Of a stretch of DNA of 64,000 nt, positions 9,452-20,446 are shown in pieces; positions within the stretch are counted from its first letter, which is position 1; each line of letters opens with the position of its first letter. The stretch is from Spirochaetota bacterium (lineage in GTDB: Bacteria; Spirochaetota; UBA4802; UBA5550). The stretch spans positions 2,624,001 to 2,688,000 of the forward strand of contig CAXXHB010000003.1 in assembly GCA_963664815.2 (NCBI GenBank). Reading direction: 5' to 3'. The notes under the pieces were generated by a model. The model saw nothing but the letters and a program-made list of their open reading frames with translations. It had not been told where the DNA came from and did not search any database. Made by a program: the position numbers and the translations under genes.

Positions 9452-10969
9452 ATGAACCATCAGGGCTTTGATAACGAACTTTATCTGAAACAGCAGACCG
9501 AAGCCATTCTGGGCCGAGTACGTGATTCCAGATTCGACAAACTTTATCTTGAGTTTGGAGGAAAAATCCTTTACGATTATCATGCCGCCCGTGTCCTTCC
9601 GGGATTTGACCCGAATGTCAAAATGAAACTCCTCTCAGGAATAAAAGATTCAGTTGAAGTTATAATGTGTATCTGCGCCATTGATATTGAACGGAAAAAA
9701 GTCAGAGCAGATTTCGGGATTACATATGACGCCGATACAATGAGAACCATTGACGATTTTAATCATTGGGGGATACAGGTCGGTGCGGTAGTAATAACCA
9801 GATATGCCGACCAGCCGGGAGCACAGTCCTTTTTCAACAAACTCGAAAGAAGAGGGGTCAAAGTATATACTCACAAATTTACCAAAGGTTATCCCACTGA
9901 TGTTGAGCTTATTGTAAGCGAAGAGGGTTACGGCGCTAATAAATATATAGAAACAGAAAAACCTATAGTAGTTATAACAGGGCCCGGACCTGGGAGCGGA
10001 AAGCTTGCGACATGCCTCTCTCAGCTTTATCATGAACATAAGCGAGGCGTAAACGCCACCTATTCCAAATTTGAAACATTCCCGATCTGGAACCTGCCGC
10101 TGAAACATCCTGTAAATGCCGCCTATGAAGCTGCTACCGCCGAACTCCGGGATGTTAACATGATTGATCATTTCCACCTTGAGGCATTCAATGAAGTGGC
10201 TGTTAACTACAACCGTGATATTGAAGCATTTCCTCTGCTCCAGAGGATACTTGAAAGAATCACTGAAAAGCCATCTTATTACAGGTCACCTACCGATATG
10301 GGAGTAAACAGAGCAGGATTTGCAATAATCAACGACGAAAATGTTAGACATGCATCACATCAGGAAATTATAAGAAGATATTTCCGTTATTCATGTGAAT
10401 ATGCCATGGGTTTATGCGACAGGGAAACAGTTGAAAGAGTTGAAGTTCTGATGAAGGATACTGGTCTTAAGGCTGAAGACAGGCCGGTAGTTGGATTCGC
10501 ACGAAAGGCAGCTGAAACTGCAAAACAGAAAGATAAAGGCAATAAAGGTGTTTACAGCGGCGCGGCAATTGAGCTACCTTCAGGTGAAATAGTGACCGGA
10601 TACAACTCTCCCCTGCTTCATGCTACATCAAGTCTCGTCCTTAATGCAGTTAAAAAGCTTGCAGGAATTCCTCAGAATATAGACCTTCTCCCCCCATTTA
10701 TACTGACGTCTCTTATGACTTTTAAGGAAAACATACTTAACGGAACACCTGTAAGTCTTGATCTTGAAGAAACATTAATAGCCCTTGTAATAGGATCTGC
10801 AGCTAATCCAAGCGCAGCCGAAGCAGTAAATAAACTAAAAGATTTATCCGGTTGCGAAGTTCATCTTACGCATATGCCTACCCCGGGAGATGCTGCGGGT
10901 CTAAGAAAACTCGGACTTAATGCTACAAGTGACCCCGATTTTTCATCAAAGGCACTATATATCGGCTAG
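9452..10969 (+). CDS. DUF1846 / UPF0371 family P-loop protein
   Basis: KLYLEFGGK..DYHAARVLPGFDP, GPGSGKLATCLSQLYHE, KFETFPIWNLPLKHPVN, SPTDMGVN. Confidence 0.9.
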   Translation: MNHQGFDNELYLKQQTEAILGRVRDSRFDKLYLEFGGKILYDYHAARVLPGFDPNVKMKLLSGIKDSVEVIMCICAIDIERKKVRADFGITYDADTMRTIDDFNHWGIQVGAVVITRYADQPGAQSFFNKLERRGVKVYTHKFTKGYPTDVELIVSEEGYGANKYIETEKPIVVITGPGPGSGKLATCLSQLYHEHKRGVNATYSKFETFPIWNLPLKHPVNAAYEAATAELRDVNMIDHFHLEAFNEVAVNYNRDIEAFPLLQRILERITEKPSYYRSPTDMGVNRAGFAIINDENVRHASHQEIIRRYFRYSCEYAMGLCDRETVERVEVLMKDTGLKAEDRPVVGFARKAAETAKQKDKGNKGVYSGAAIELPSGEIVTGYNSPLLHATSSLVLNAVKKLAGIPQNIDLLPPFILTSLMTFKENILNGTPVSLDLEETLIALVIGSAANPSAAEAVNKLKDLSGCEVHLTHMPTPGDAAGLRKLGLNATSDPDFSSKALYIG

Positions 10970-11030
10970 AATAAAAAATACTCTTTTAAAAGACTAATAA
11001 TTATTCCCGCCCTTTTTTATACAGGATACT

Positions 11031-11071
11031 CTATTATATTTCCCCGTCAAAAAGTCGGAGAGATATAATAG
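11031..11071. terminator. Hairpin between convergent genes (probable terminator)
   Basis: CTATTATATTTCCCCG-N9-CGGAGAGATATAATAG; 16-bp arms with 2 mismatches. Confidence 0.45.
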
Positions 11072-11171
11072 CTTATTATACATACATTTGAAGTAATTCA
11101 TGCTGGTGAAAGACAGATAATTCCTGTTTATTACAAAAGTCCGGTCATTAATACCACGATTAAATTACATT

Positions 11172-12521
11172 TTATCTGCTGTCAATCCCCTTATACTCCA
11201 GGATTTCGTAATTGGGAGATATATAAGCAGGCCTGATTATTTTACCCTGCACCAGTTGTTCAAGTCTGTGTGCGGACCATCCCGCTGATCTTGCCATTGC
11301 AAAAATCGGAGTATATAATGCTTCAGGAATACCCAGAAATTTATAAACAAGCCCAGAATAAAAATCCACGTTTACGCAAACCCTGTTCCCCTTCCTTTCA
11401 TAAAGAAGCTCAGGACCGATTTTCTCAACCATTTCGAACAGATTAAAAAGGTCCATTTTATTCTTCTTCTCGGCAAGAAATCTGGCATATTTTTTCAATA
11501 TCTTCGTGCGCGGATCAGAGAGCGTATAAACAGCATGCCCCATTCCATATATTTTCCCGCTGCCGTCCGCTGCTTTTTTATCAAGTACTTTGTTCAGGAA
11601 TTTTCTGATCTCATTTTCATCAGTCCAGTTCTTTACATCCTTCTGACACTGTTTCATCATAAACATAACCGATTCGTTTGCGCCGCCATGAAACTGGCCA
11701 CTCAAAGATGCAATCCCCGCAGCAATTGCCATATATGTATTAGCACCGCTTGAAGAAACCGTTCTGACAGTAAAAGTCGAATTATTTCCTCCACCATGTT
11801 CGGCATGCATAATAAGGCATGCATCGAAAATCAGTGCATCTTCACGTTCAGGCATCTTCCCTGTCAGCATATAAAGAAAGTTTTCGGCTATTGAAAGATT
11901 ATCTTTCGATCTGGCAAGCCTTAAGTCATCACCCTTACGATATTGATATACACTATAATTATTAGCCACAATTACAGGCGCCTTTGCGATAATATTTATA
12001 CACTGTTCACTGACGTCGGAAATATTCGTCGAATCGGGATTCTTATCACATCTGCTCAGATGCGAAATGACACTGTGAAGCGCATACATCTGGTTAAAAT
12101 TTTCTACTTCTTCAATTATAATACGCCTTTCGATGTTGCTGAGTTTTGATTTTTTGTGAAGAGCTGTGCTGAAGCTTTCGAGATCCTCTTTTCCCGGAAG
12201 CACATTCGTTAAAAGCAGATAAATTACCTCTTCAAAACCGAATCTTTTATGCTTTTCGTTATATTCTATTATATCATTAACATCATAACCGCAGTAATAA
12301 AGTTTACCTTCTATTGGGGTAATTTTTTTACCTGTTGATGAATTCTTATCAGGAGTTGTATCGTAACCTATAACTCTTCCTTTAGTTGTTATTCCAACTA
12401 TAACACCTGTACCATCCGGATTCCGCAGCCCAAGTTTTATATCTTTCTCTTTAATAATCTCCGGCGATATCTTATCATGCGATAAAGTTAGTTTTTTTAT
12501 TTTTTCCAATATTTTGTCCAT
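11172..12521 (-). CDS. gltA: Citrate (Si)-synthase / 2-methylcitrate synthase family
   Basis: GKLYYCGY, HAEHGGGNNSTF, HGGANE, YGMGHAVY...DPR, NVDFYSG, IIRP. Confidence 0.88.
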   Translation of the reverse strand: MDKILEKIKKLTLSHDKISPEIIKEKDIKLGLRNPDGTGVIVGITTKGRVIGYDTTPDKNSSTGKKITPIEGKLYYCGYDVNDIIEYNEKHKRFGFEEVIYLLLTNVLPGKEDLESFSTALHKKSKLSNIERRIIIEEVENFNQMYALHSVISHLSRCDKNPDSTNISDVSEQCINIIAKAPVIVANNYSVYQYRKGDDLRLARSKDNLSIAENFLYMLTGKMPEREDALIFDACLIMHAEHGGGNNSTFTVRTVSSSGANTYMAIAAGIASLSGQFHGGANESVMFMMKQCQKDVKNWTDENEIRKFLNKVLDKKAADGSGKIYGMGHAVYTLSDPRTKILKKYARFLAEKKNKMDLFNLFEMVEKIGPELLYERKGNRVCVNVDFYSGLVYKFLGIPEALYTPIFAMARSAGWSAHRLEQLVQGKIIRPAYISPNYEILEYKGIDSR

Positions 12522-12742
12522 TATTACCTCATGATATAAATAAATATTTATTTAAAAAATACTTAAAAACAATAAACTCACCGGACTGCTGAATAAGTTA
12601 AAATGACTAACTACCATAACACCATATATTGTGCAAACTGTAGTCAACCTGTTTTAAAAAAATGAAATTAAAAACATGTTAAATAATAATGAAATTCGTA
12701 GAAAAGCAGGCAGAGTGTCAAGAAATAATTCTTAATAAAGGT

Positions 12743-13684
12743 CTATTGTCTTACTGGAAGATCGATCAGAACCGCCGTCATATCATCTTTCTGATATTCA
12801 TGTTTGCCTATAAATTCATAAACCGAATCAAAGATGCTGTTGATAACAAGTTGCGGTGGAAAATCACACAATTCAACAAGCTTCTGTTCAAGGCGCTCTT
12901 CGCCATACTGCTTTTTTTCTGTTTCGAAATCAAAAGCCTCTGTAATACCATCCGTAAAGAAAAAAATCATATCTCCCTGTAATATCTCAAAACAACATTC
13001 CGGAGTATGATAATAAGATTCAAGACTTATCAGATTTTTTATATCACTGCCAAGAAGATAACCTTTGTCTGGATTCCAATTATCGTATTTTTTGTTAAGA
13101 TCAAAAGACTCGATAATGCAGTCTTTATTTCTCCTGACAATTATCGGATAAAGCATACTTCTGTTAAAGAACCTGAGTTTTAAAGAGCCATTTTTATCTT
13201 CAATAAAAACAAAATTAACTGAGGCAAAATCATTTGAATTTGACATATCCATAATATCCGTGAACTTGATCGCGATACTTTTAATCAGGTATGCATAATC
13301 AATTATACCTGTTCTCTCGTGAATACCCTCCATCTCTTTTACAGCCAGTATTGCAGCAGAACGCAGCCTGATCAAAGTTGTATAAGCCGGTAGACCGTGC
13401 CCGCTTATGTCTGCAAAAATGAAGAGGAAATTGTTATCTGATAATTTGAAAAGATCAAAATAATCACCGGAGATAATTGATCCATAGGCTCTTTGAAAGC
13501 CGATTCCAACCTTAAGATCACTATGACTGAAGCTTTTAAATAACTCCCGGATCAGTTTCTTATCCTTCTCTCTTACATTATTCGCTTCAAGACGGAAAAT
13601 TTCGTACTTTCTGACCTTCTCAATATATTCATCAGACAATTTTGATGAGATGCCAGAATTATCGTTAAGTTTGTTATTCAACAC
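12743..13684 (-). CDS. PP2C/SpoIIE (RsbU-like) Ser/Thr phosphatase
   Basis: [25 protein letters not shown]; overlaps the pgi stop by 11 bp. Confidence 0.85.
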   Translation of the reverse strand: MLNNKLNDNSGISSKLSDEYIEKVRKYEIFRLEANNVREKDKKLIRELFKSFSHSDLKVGIGFQRAYGSIISGDYFDLFKLSDNNFLFIFADISGHGLPAYTTLIRLRSAAILAVKEMEGIHERTGIIDYAYLIKSIAIKFTDIMDMSNSNDFASVNFVFIEDKNGSLKLRFFNRSMLYPIIVRRNKDCIIESFDLNKKYDNWNPDKGYLLGSDIKNLISLESYYHTPECCFEILQGDMIFFFTDGITEAFDFETEKKQYGEERLEQKLVELCDFPPQLVINSIFDSVYEFIGKHEYQKDDMTAVLIDLPVRQ

Positions 13685-15308
13685 ATCTGCTCCTGTAATA
13701 CTTAATCAGTTCATTAGTGGAAGAGTCATGGTTAAGTTCGTTTTCATCCCTGCCCTCAAGTTCTTTTAAAACTTTCCCGGCAAGAACTTTTCCAAGCTCA
13801 ACTCCCCACTGATCAAATGAAAAAATATCCCATATAATTCCCTGAGTAAAAATTTTATGTTCATATAAAGCAATTATTTTTCCAAGATTCTCAGGCGTAA
13901 GTTTATCAGACATTATTATATTTGTCGGCCTGTTACCTTCAAATGTTTTGTACGGAACCAGTTTAGCCTCAACCTGTTCTTTTAATACTTCGTCTGATGT
14001 TTTCCCGAATGCAAATGCTTCAGCCTGGGCAAGCATGTTTGCAATAAGTTTGTTATGATGGTCCCTCTCACCATGTAGCGGATTTACAAAACCAATTAAA
14101 TCCGATGGAATTATTTTTGTCCCCTGGTGCATCAACTGATAAAATGCATGCTGACCGTTTGTTCCGGGTTCTCCCCATATAACCTGACCTGTCGAATAGT
14201 GTACCCGAAGCCCGCTTTTTGTTACAGATTTACCGTTTGATTCCATGTCACCCTGCTGCAAATAGGCTGTAAACCTGTGCATATACTGCTCATAGGGTAA
14301 TACCGCGCAGGATTCAAATCCGAAAAAGTTATTATACCATACACCGAGTAAACCCATCAATACAGGTATATTTCTGTTAAACTCCGCATGCCTGAAATGA
14401 TTGTCCATCTCATGAAAACCATCGAGTAGCTTTATAAAATTTTCATAACCGATTGAAATCATAATAGAAAGGCCTATCGCTGATGTTAGAGAATATCTTC
14501 CGCCAACCCAATCCCAGAATTCCAGCATGTTTACCGTATCGATCCCGAAATTTTCCACTTCAGCTTTATTCGTGGAAAGAGCTATAAAATGCTTTGCAAC
14601 GGATTTTTCAGTTCCAAAAAAACCCGTTATCCATCTTTTCGCTGTCATTGCATTTGTCATTGTTTCCATTGTGGTAAACGTTTTTGAAGCAACAATAAAC
14701 AGTGTCTCTTCAGGGTTAAGGTCAATTATCGCTTCTTTGATATGAGTACAATCTATGTTAGAAACAAATCTCACATTGAGTTTTCTGTCAGAATAATATT
14801 TCAAGGCCTCACATACCATTACAGGGCCGAGGTCAGATCCGCCTATACCAATGTTTACTATATTTTTCACCGGTTTTCCCGAGTAACCCATCCACATTGA
14901 ATTGCGTATTTTTTCTGATATGTTCTTCATTTTATCTATAACATTCAGGACATCGCACATAACATCAACACCGTCAAGAATAACAGGTTTACCGCTCCTG
15001 TTCCTGAGTGCAGTATGCAAAACCGCCCTGTTTTCTGTTTCATTTATTTTTTCTCCACTGAACATCCTTTCGATTTCATCTTTCAGGGAGCATTTTTCAG
15101 CAAGATTTATAAGCAGCGAGATAGTTTCTTCAGTTACCCTGTTTTTTGAATAATCAAAAACAAGTCCGCATTCCTCCACTTTGAATTTTTCACCTCTGTT
15201 GTGATCATTCAGAAAAAGATCTCTCAGATGTATATTCTTCATTTTTTCAAAATGCGAAGTAAGCTGCTTCCATTCGGAAGTATCGGTTAAATATTCTCTT
15301 TTATTCAT
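13674..15308 (-). CDS. pgi: Glucose-6-phosphate isomerase
   Basis: [47 protein letters not shown]. Confidence 0.98.
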   Translation of the reverse strand: MNKREYLTDTSEWKQLTSHFEKMKNIHLRDLFLNDHNRGEKFKVEECGLVFDYSKNRVTEETISLLINLAEKCSLKDEIERMFSGEKINETENRAVLHTALRNRSGKPVILDGVDVMCDVLNVIDKMKNISEKIRNSMWMGYSGKPVKNIVNIGIGGSDLGPVMVCEALKYYSDRKLNVRFVSNIDCTHIKEAIIDLNPEETLFIVASKTFTTMETMTNAMTAKRWITGFFGTEKSVAKHFIALSTNKAEVENFGIDTVNMLEFWDWVGGRYSLTSAIGLSIMISIGYENFIKLLDGFHEMDNHFRHAEFNRNIPVLMGLLGVWYNNFFGFESCAVLPYEQYMHRFTAYLQQGDMESNGKSVTKSGLRVHYSTGQVIWGEPGTNGQHAFYQLMHQGTKIIPSDLIGFVNPLHGERDHHNKLIANMLAQAEAFAFGKTSDEVLKEQVEAKLVPYKTFEGNRPTNIIMSDKLTPENLGKIIALYEHKIFTQGIIWDIFSFDQWGVELGKVLAGKVLKELEGRDENELNHDSSTNELIKYYRSRCVE

Positions 15309-15420
15309 ATAAGTAACCTCATAAGATTATCAGAAAATTATTTTAACGCAGTTTTCATGTAAAGTCAAGACTAATTAAATGAATCCAAAGGATTTTTAAA
15401 TACAATTGAATCGTTATTCA

Positions 15421-15462
15421 GTTATTTTAAAACCGGTTCAACTTATCCGGTTTTAAAATAAC
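15421..15462. repeat. Perfect 16-bp inverted repeat
   Basis: GTTATTTTAAAACCGG-N10-CCGGTTTTAAAATAAC. Confidence 0.9.
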
Positions 15463-15619
15463 CAGTTACAGAACTAAAAGAGAATTCTCAAATTTTGTCC
15501 TGCCAGATAATTTAATAAATCCGGATAAAATATGTGATCAGCATCTTAATTATAACCGAATTATAATTAACAGTTTTATTGACTCAGAAAGACAGTATAT
15601 GATATTAATGGAGTAAAAT

Positions 15620-15835
15620 ATGCGGCAAGCCGGTTTAAAACAAAAAGTTTATACAACAAAAAGCAGCGAATATTGCCAGTGTAAAATTCTCTGGCGTAAT
15701 TTACCCGCAATCTTCAAGACCAGATGGCGCAATGAAGCCGAAGACATGCCGATAAGTGGTTATAAGCTTTTTATCAGTACTAATATAGATAATCTTCGTA
15801 CGGGAAATGAAATCCAGATTGCACCCTGGCATTGA
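15620..15835 (+). CDS. Possible small hypothetical protein
   Basis: ATG with GGAG 6 nt upstream; no recognisable motif. Confidence 0.3.
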   Translation: MRQAGLKQKVYTTKSSEYCQCKILWRNLPAIFKTRWRNEAEDMPISGYKLFISTNIDNLRTGNEIQIAPWH

Positions 15836-15853
15836 TTATTGCTTTAGTGATTG

Positions 15854-16759
15854 ATGAGTTACAGATATATAAATAAGAATCTTCTTTTCTTTTTCATCAC
15901 ATTGATGATATCAGTCCCGATCGCTTTTAATCCTGATCTAAATGCATCACAGACAGTTTTATCTGATCCGGATCATATTTCTACAGGCATTGAATACAGG
16001 GATGTTACAGATGTAAAACTCGGGGACATGTTCCGCTTTGATTATCTTTCATTCGGAGCAATGGCAGAAATACGGAATGAATCACGATTCAACCAGAAAA
16101 TATTACCGAATCATAACTGGCGGGCTTTTACGTTCATCTATCTTGAAGACTTTATTGATTTTAATAAAGGCATGCTTGGACTTACTACCGGATTTGAGCA
16201 CGAAAGCGCCCATCCAACAATGGGTTTGAATGAGGGGAATGACACTGCATATGATAAAATATACGACGGGACGTACCGCAATATAAATCTTAATTCATTC
16301 CTGTTGAGATTATGCGGAAGGACAGATAAAGAGAAATCTGTTACATTTAACCTCGACACTCAATTTTATTTCTACAGCAGAAACACACCGGAACTCCCTG
16401 TTAATAAACTAACTTGGTCCGAAGGAATCTCCGGGGGTATTGATTTTAAATTTAATCTGCACCGGGACACAGATTTCTTCATCTCCCTTTATGACAGGTA
16501 TATATTCCGCAGCAGGAAAAATGTTTATGGAAATATTTATTACAATTCCCCTTCAGGTGTTGAAACACATTATGTTGAATACCCGGTCATTAATCAAATT
16601 AATACCATTTCCATAAAAACCGGACTGATTTTCAACGATCTTATTATCGATAGAAAATTATTAATCTACAGCGGTTTTTTATACGGCAACATATTCGGAT
16701 TTGTCGACAGCAGAGAAAAAAGAACAGTCTACTCTATTGGAATTGAAATAATACACTAA
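15854..16759 (+). CDS. Hypothetical exported protein, possibly an outer-membrane beta-barrel
   Basis: N-terminal signal peptide; alternating beta-strand patterns; FEHESAH motif; C-terminal SIGIEIIH. Confidence 0.65.
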   Translation: MSYRYINKNLLFFFITLMISVPIAFNPDLNASQTVLSDPDHISTGIEYRDVTDVKLGDMFRFDYLSFGAMAEIRNESRFNQKILPNHNWRAFTFIYLEDFIDFNKGMLGLTTGFEHESAHPTMGLNEGNDTAYDKIYDGTYRNINLNSFLLRLCGRTDKEKSVTFNLDTQFYFYSRNTPELPVNKLTWSEGISGGIDFKFNLHRDTDFFISLYDRYIFRSRKNVYGNIYYNSPSGVETHYVEYPVINQINTISIKTGLIFNDLIIDRKLLIYSGFLYGNIFGFVDSREKRTVYSIGIEIIH

Positions 16760-16952
16760 ATAAATACAATCATTATTGAAAATTTAATCTTCAGAAAAGA
16801 TAAGTAATCATTCATGGAGATAAATATTACAGCTCCACACCACCAATATTTGGCTTATAAGGATAATTATTTACGTAATAAAACAGTTAAAAATATAATT
16901 TGTAAAATAATGTTTTTTACAGAAAACCACATTGTATCGATGATGGGAACTA

Positions 16953-17264
16953 TTAACTCAAGGTTTCAGATAACGAACATAAATTGAGAAGGGACAACAC
17001 TTTCTCAGATGCATTTGATATTCTGAAATCAAGATTTTTTTGTCTCTGAAATCTATGCAGTTTTAGAAAAATACTGATACAGGTTGAATCAAGATATTCC
17101 ATTTCTGAAAGATCAATCTCGATATTTTTTTCTTTTCCGCTGCATATTGAATCAGATATTTCAACAAGCTTTCTGACACCCTCAGGTTCTGCAGATCCGG
17201 AAATAAAAATTCTGATCAGATTATCGTCTTCTGATGTTTCTAAATTCATTTTTGCAATTTTCAT
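16953..17264 (-). CDS. STAS-domain anti-sigma factor antagonist
   Basis: IDLSEMEYLDSTCI (DS phospho-Ser motif); 103 aa. Confidence 0.85.
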   Translation of the reverse strand: MKIAKMNLETSEDDNLIRIFISGSAEPEGVRKLVEISDSICSGKEKNIEIDLSEMEYLDSTCISIFLKLHRFQRQKNLDFRISNASEKVLSLLNLCSLSETLS

Positions 17265-17394
17265 AATCTTTTTCCATTTTCAAAATACTTTTAATCAAGT
17301 CAAGGGCAAATATAATAATAGACAAAAATTGATTACATATTATAATAATTTACTCTTTAATTATTATAATCGTCTGCAGGGAGTTGTTTATTAA

Positions 17395-17997
17395 ATGAAT
17401 AAAATAGAAAATATTGCTATAAAAAAGAAACATATAATGAATTCTCTAAAAATACTGATGGAAAAGTATTCCTACAGCTACATATCAATGCAGGATGTCG
17501 CCAATGAAGCAGGAATTTCAAAAGGTGGACTGAGATACTATTTCCCCACAAAAGAATCACTATTTATTGGTCTGCTGGAGGATTTCTTTCAGGAGATAGA
17601 AGAGGATCATATAAATATTATAAATATGCAGAATAAAAACAGCGATAAAGCTGTTCTTTCAACACTTTTCAATATTGAAAAATTTGTTTTAAATCAGAAA
17701 AATATAAAGGTTTTTATAAACCTGATATTATACGGGCTGGAAAATCCCAGGATGATGGAACCGATAAGCCTTTTCTTCAGAAAACATCTTTTATTATATA
17801 AAAATCTTATCAACCAGGCTAAAACCGATCTCCCTGTAATAGATAAAAAAGATTTTAATATGGATTTTCTTGCAAGAATTACACAGATAATTTTTCTCAG
17901 TGCTGGACTTCTGGAAACCATAGACCCTATAGGGATGGACCCTGGCCGTCTTGCAAGATATGTACTTTCACTGTTTTCTGATTCATCATCTTCATAG
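17395..17997 (+). CDS. TetR/AcrR family transcriptional regulator
   Basis: ISMQDVANEAGISKGGLRYYFPTKESL HTH. Confidence 0.9.
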   Translation: MNKIENIAIKKKHIMNSLKILMEKYSYSYISMQDVANEAGISKGGLRYYFPTKESLFIGLLEDFFQEIEEDHINIINMQNKNSDKAVLSTLFNIEKFVLNQKNIKVFINLILYGLENPRMMEPISLFFRKHLLLYKNLINQAKTDLPVIDKKDFNMDFLARITQIIFLSAGLLETIDPIGMDPGRLARYVLSLFSDSSSS

Positions 17998-18185
17998 TTT
18001 TTTATTATATGAATTTAACTGAACAGAACATTCTGATACATCAGATACGGAAGTGACCAATAATAAAATATCAATAATAATTCATGAACTCTTTAATAAT
18101 AGAAAATGTTCTATTATCACCGCCGACAAAGTCAGCAAGATTTAATCTTTTATTTTACACTAAAATAAATGTTAAGAAATTAACG

Positions 18186-18228
18186 TTGAAAAAATACACT
18201 CTTCTGAATATAATTAATTATATTCAGA
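18186..18228 (+). promoter_or_regulatory. Sigma70 promoter overlapped by a perfect 26-bp palindrome (putative operator)
   Basis: TTGAAA(18186)-N17-TATAAT(18209); palindrome TCTGAATATAATTAATTATATTCAGA at 18203-18228. Confidence 0.7.
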
Positions 18229-18291
18229 CATTTAACTGAAATATCCGTTTGATATCCTACTTATTTTTAACTGACAGGAGAGGAACATATC

Positions 18292-18552
18292 ATGAAGTTT
18301 TATCTTAAATATCTCAACCCTGTTGCATCACTGTTCATTTTCGGGTTATGTTTCTGGTTGTTTATCGGAAACTATTTTTTTCATTTTGGTTCTCCAGCAA
18401 TTCCAGACTATAAAACACCCTACCAGCAGGGATTGAATATCTTAATGTACGATTCGCTTCCCATCTATTTTCTTGCAAAAGGAATATTCTGTTCTTTAAC
18501 CCTTTTTCTTTTCGGGAAATACCTTGAATCACATCTATATGATAAGAAATAG
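18292..18552 (+). CDS. Small 2-TM hypothetical membrane protein
   Basis: Strong RBS (AGGAGAGG), own promoter, two hydrophobic segments. Confidence 0.75.
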   Translation: MKFYLKYLNPVASLFIFGLCFWLFIGNYFFHFGSPAIPDYKTPYQQGLNILMYDSLPIYFLAKGIFCSLTLFLFGKYLESHLYDKK

Positions 18553-18829
18553 AATACTATATGCAATAATGTTTGCATTCATATTTTACATTTATACCGC
18601 TGCTTAAAATAAAATCTTTTGAAGAAAATATGAAGGTATATTTGGTGATTTACCAATCAAAAGTTGCTGATTTATTTAATTATCGTCCGTAAAAAATTAT
18701 TTTTAATCCACTTTCTGTCAATGTCGTATTAACTTATAATATAGTGAGCCCAAAAAATGAGACACAGATTTCAATATGATGAAGTGTATTTTTCCTTGAA
18801 ATAAAACACAAGGAGAATTATAAAAGGTA

Positions 18830-19129
18830 ATGAAAAAACGACATAGTAAAGAGTTCAAAGCAAAAGTAGCCATTGATGCCCTCCGTGGAGAAAAGACAGT
18901 ACAGGAGTTGGCACAGAAGTATGAGATACACCCGAATCAGGTGACACTCTGGAAGAAGCAGTTAATTGAGAACGCAACTACCGCATTTGATAAACATGGT
19001 AATGACAAAGAATTAGATGATACTGAAAAGAAACAAGACGAACTTTACAGCCAGATAGGTCAGCTCAAAGTTGAGAATGATTTTTTAAAAAAAAAGTACA
19101 AGCAACTGTACGGGACAGAGCCGAAGTAG
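18830..19129 (+). CDS. IS3 transposase OrfA (HTH)
   Basis: [11 protein letters not shown]...[37 protein letters not shown]. Confidence 0.95.
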   Translation: MKKRHSKEFKAKVAIDALRGEKTVQELAQKYEIHPNQVTLWKKQLIENATTAFDKHGNDKELDDTEKKQDELYSQIGQLKVENDFLKKKYKQLYGTEPK

Positions 19130-19962
19130 TAGAGCCCGGACATATGAAACTATCAATTAAAGAACAATGTGCAATTCTCGGCATAAGCCGTTCATCGTAT
19201 TACTATAAGCCAGAATTGGCATTGAATGAAACCAATGTTGCAATATTGAAAGCTATCATGGAAGAATTAAAGCTTCATCCGTTTTACGGATATAGGAAGA
19301 TTACTATAGCCCTTAAGGACATGAGTGTCACAAGAAAGCAGATTAGGTTAATCATGAAAAAGGCCGGACTGCGGGCTATTTATCCCGGCAAACGCTTGTC
19401 AATACCAGTAAAGATGCATGAGAAATATCCATATCTCCTTCAAGATAAGAATATATGGCTTCCGAATCAGGTATGGGCGACAGACATTACGTACATTAAG
19501 CTTTCAGGAGGTCATGTATATCTAATTGCTATTCTTGATTTATTCAGCCGGAAGGTGCTTTCATGGAAACTGTCAAATACGCTGGATGCAGAATTTTGCG
19601 TATCGGCTCTTGAAGAAGCAATAATGACATATGGAACACCGGCGATTTTCAATACAGATCAGGGGAGCCAGTTTACATCTGAGGCATTTACAGAAAAACT
19701 TAAGAGCCATGGGATAAGGATCAGTATGGATGGCAAAGGACGAGCTCTGGATAACATTTATATTGAACGGCTCTGGAGGTCTCTCAAGTATGAAGAAATA
19801 TATCTGAATGAATATCGCACCATGGAGAATTTAAAAGCAGCATTGAAAAGATATTTTGATTTTTATAATACTGAAAGATTTCACCAGTCACTGGAGTATG
19901 CCACACCGGATAAAATATATTATTCGTCATTTAAAGAACAATGTCAGGAAGAAGCAGCTTGA
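19087..19962 (+). CDS. IS3 transposase OrfB (DDE integrase core), reached by -1 frameshift at A9G (19087-19096)
   Basis: [26 protein letters not shown]; orfB is in the -1 frame relative to orfA. Confidence 0.93.
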   Translation, partial: KKKVQATVRDRAEVVEPGHMKLSIKEQCAILGISRSSYYYKPELALNETNVAILKAIMEELKLHPFYGYRKITIALKDMSVTRKQIRLIMKKAGLRAIYPGKRLSIPVKMHEKYPYLLQDKNIWLPNQVWATDITYIKLSGGHVYLIAILDLFSRKVLSWKLSNTLDAEFCVSALEEAIMTYGTPAIFNTDQGSQFTSEAFTEKLKSHGIRISMDGKGRALDNIYIERLWRSLKYEEIYLNEYRTMENLKAALKRYFDFYNTERFHQSLEYATPDKIYYSSFKEQCQEEAA

Positions 19963-20041
19963 AGGCCTGGAGAGATACACCAAAACATTTTAAAATCATG
20001 TATTGACAAAAGGGCTCACCTTATAAATACTGATCAAAATG

Positions 20042-20209
20042 TCATTGTAATTTTTTAAGAAGTGCTTCCAACATTACCTGCTGATCCTTTAAAAAATTCT
20101 TATATTCATTTACCCTGCAATGATGAATTTCAATAGGAATTTCCGCCAGCTTTTTCTCAATCATTGAAATCGCAAAAGTACGTTCATTATCATTAATCTC
20201 CAATTTCAT
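20042..20209 (-). CDS. Small hypothetical protein, 55 aa (absent from ORF track)
   Basis: Hand-translated MKLEINDNERTFAISMIEKKLAEIPIEIHHCRVNEYKNFLKDQQVMLEALLKKLQ*; RBS AGGAGGGG just upstream of ATG. Confidence 0.75.
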   Translation of the reverse strand: MKLEINDNERTFAISMIEKKLAEIPIEIHHCRVNEYKNFLKDQQVMLEALLKKLQ

Positions 20210-20446
20210 ATTCCCCTCCTGAACAATTCAGCTTACAAAGTATATATAGTATATACCTCTTTCAGGGTTTAGTCAAAAAAAATGACTGATTTTAAAATAT
20301 TTTTCAACTATTTCTTTGTTATGATTTCATAAACCCAATAGGTGTTGATAGCTAACTCAGGCACCTGATATATGTATTATAAAAAATCTTGTTGATTATT
20401 GCACAACAGATGATATTATAGTACTCTTATATGTAAATTAATCAGA

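Larger units (their letters stand above)
18740..20023 (+). mobile_element. IS3-family insertion sequence, 1284 bp
   Basis: IRL TATAGTGAGCCC..., IRR reverse complement TAAGGTGAGCCC...; flanked by TAA direct repeats (18737-18739 and 20024-20026); orfA/orfB inside. Confidence 0.92.
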
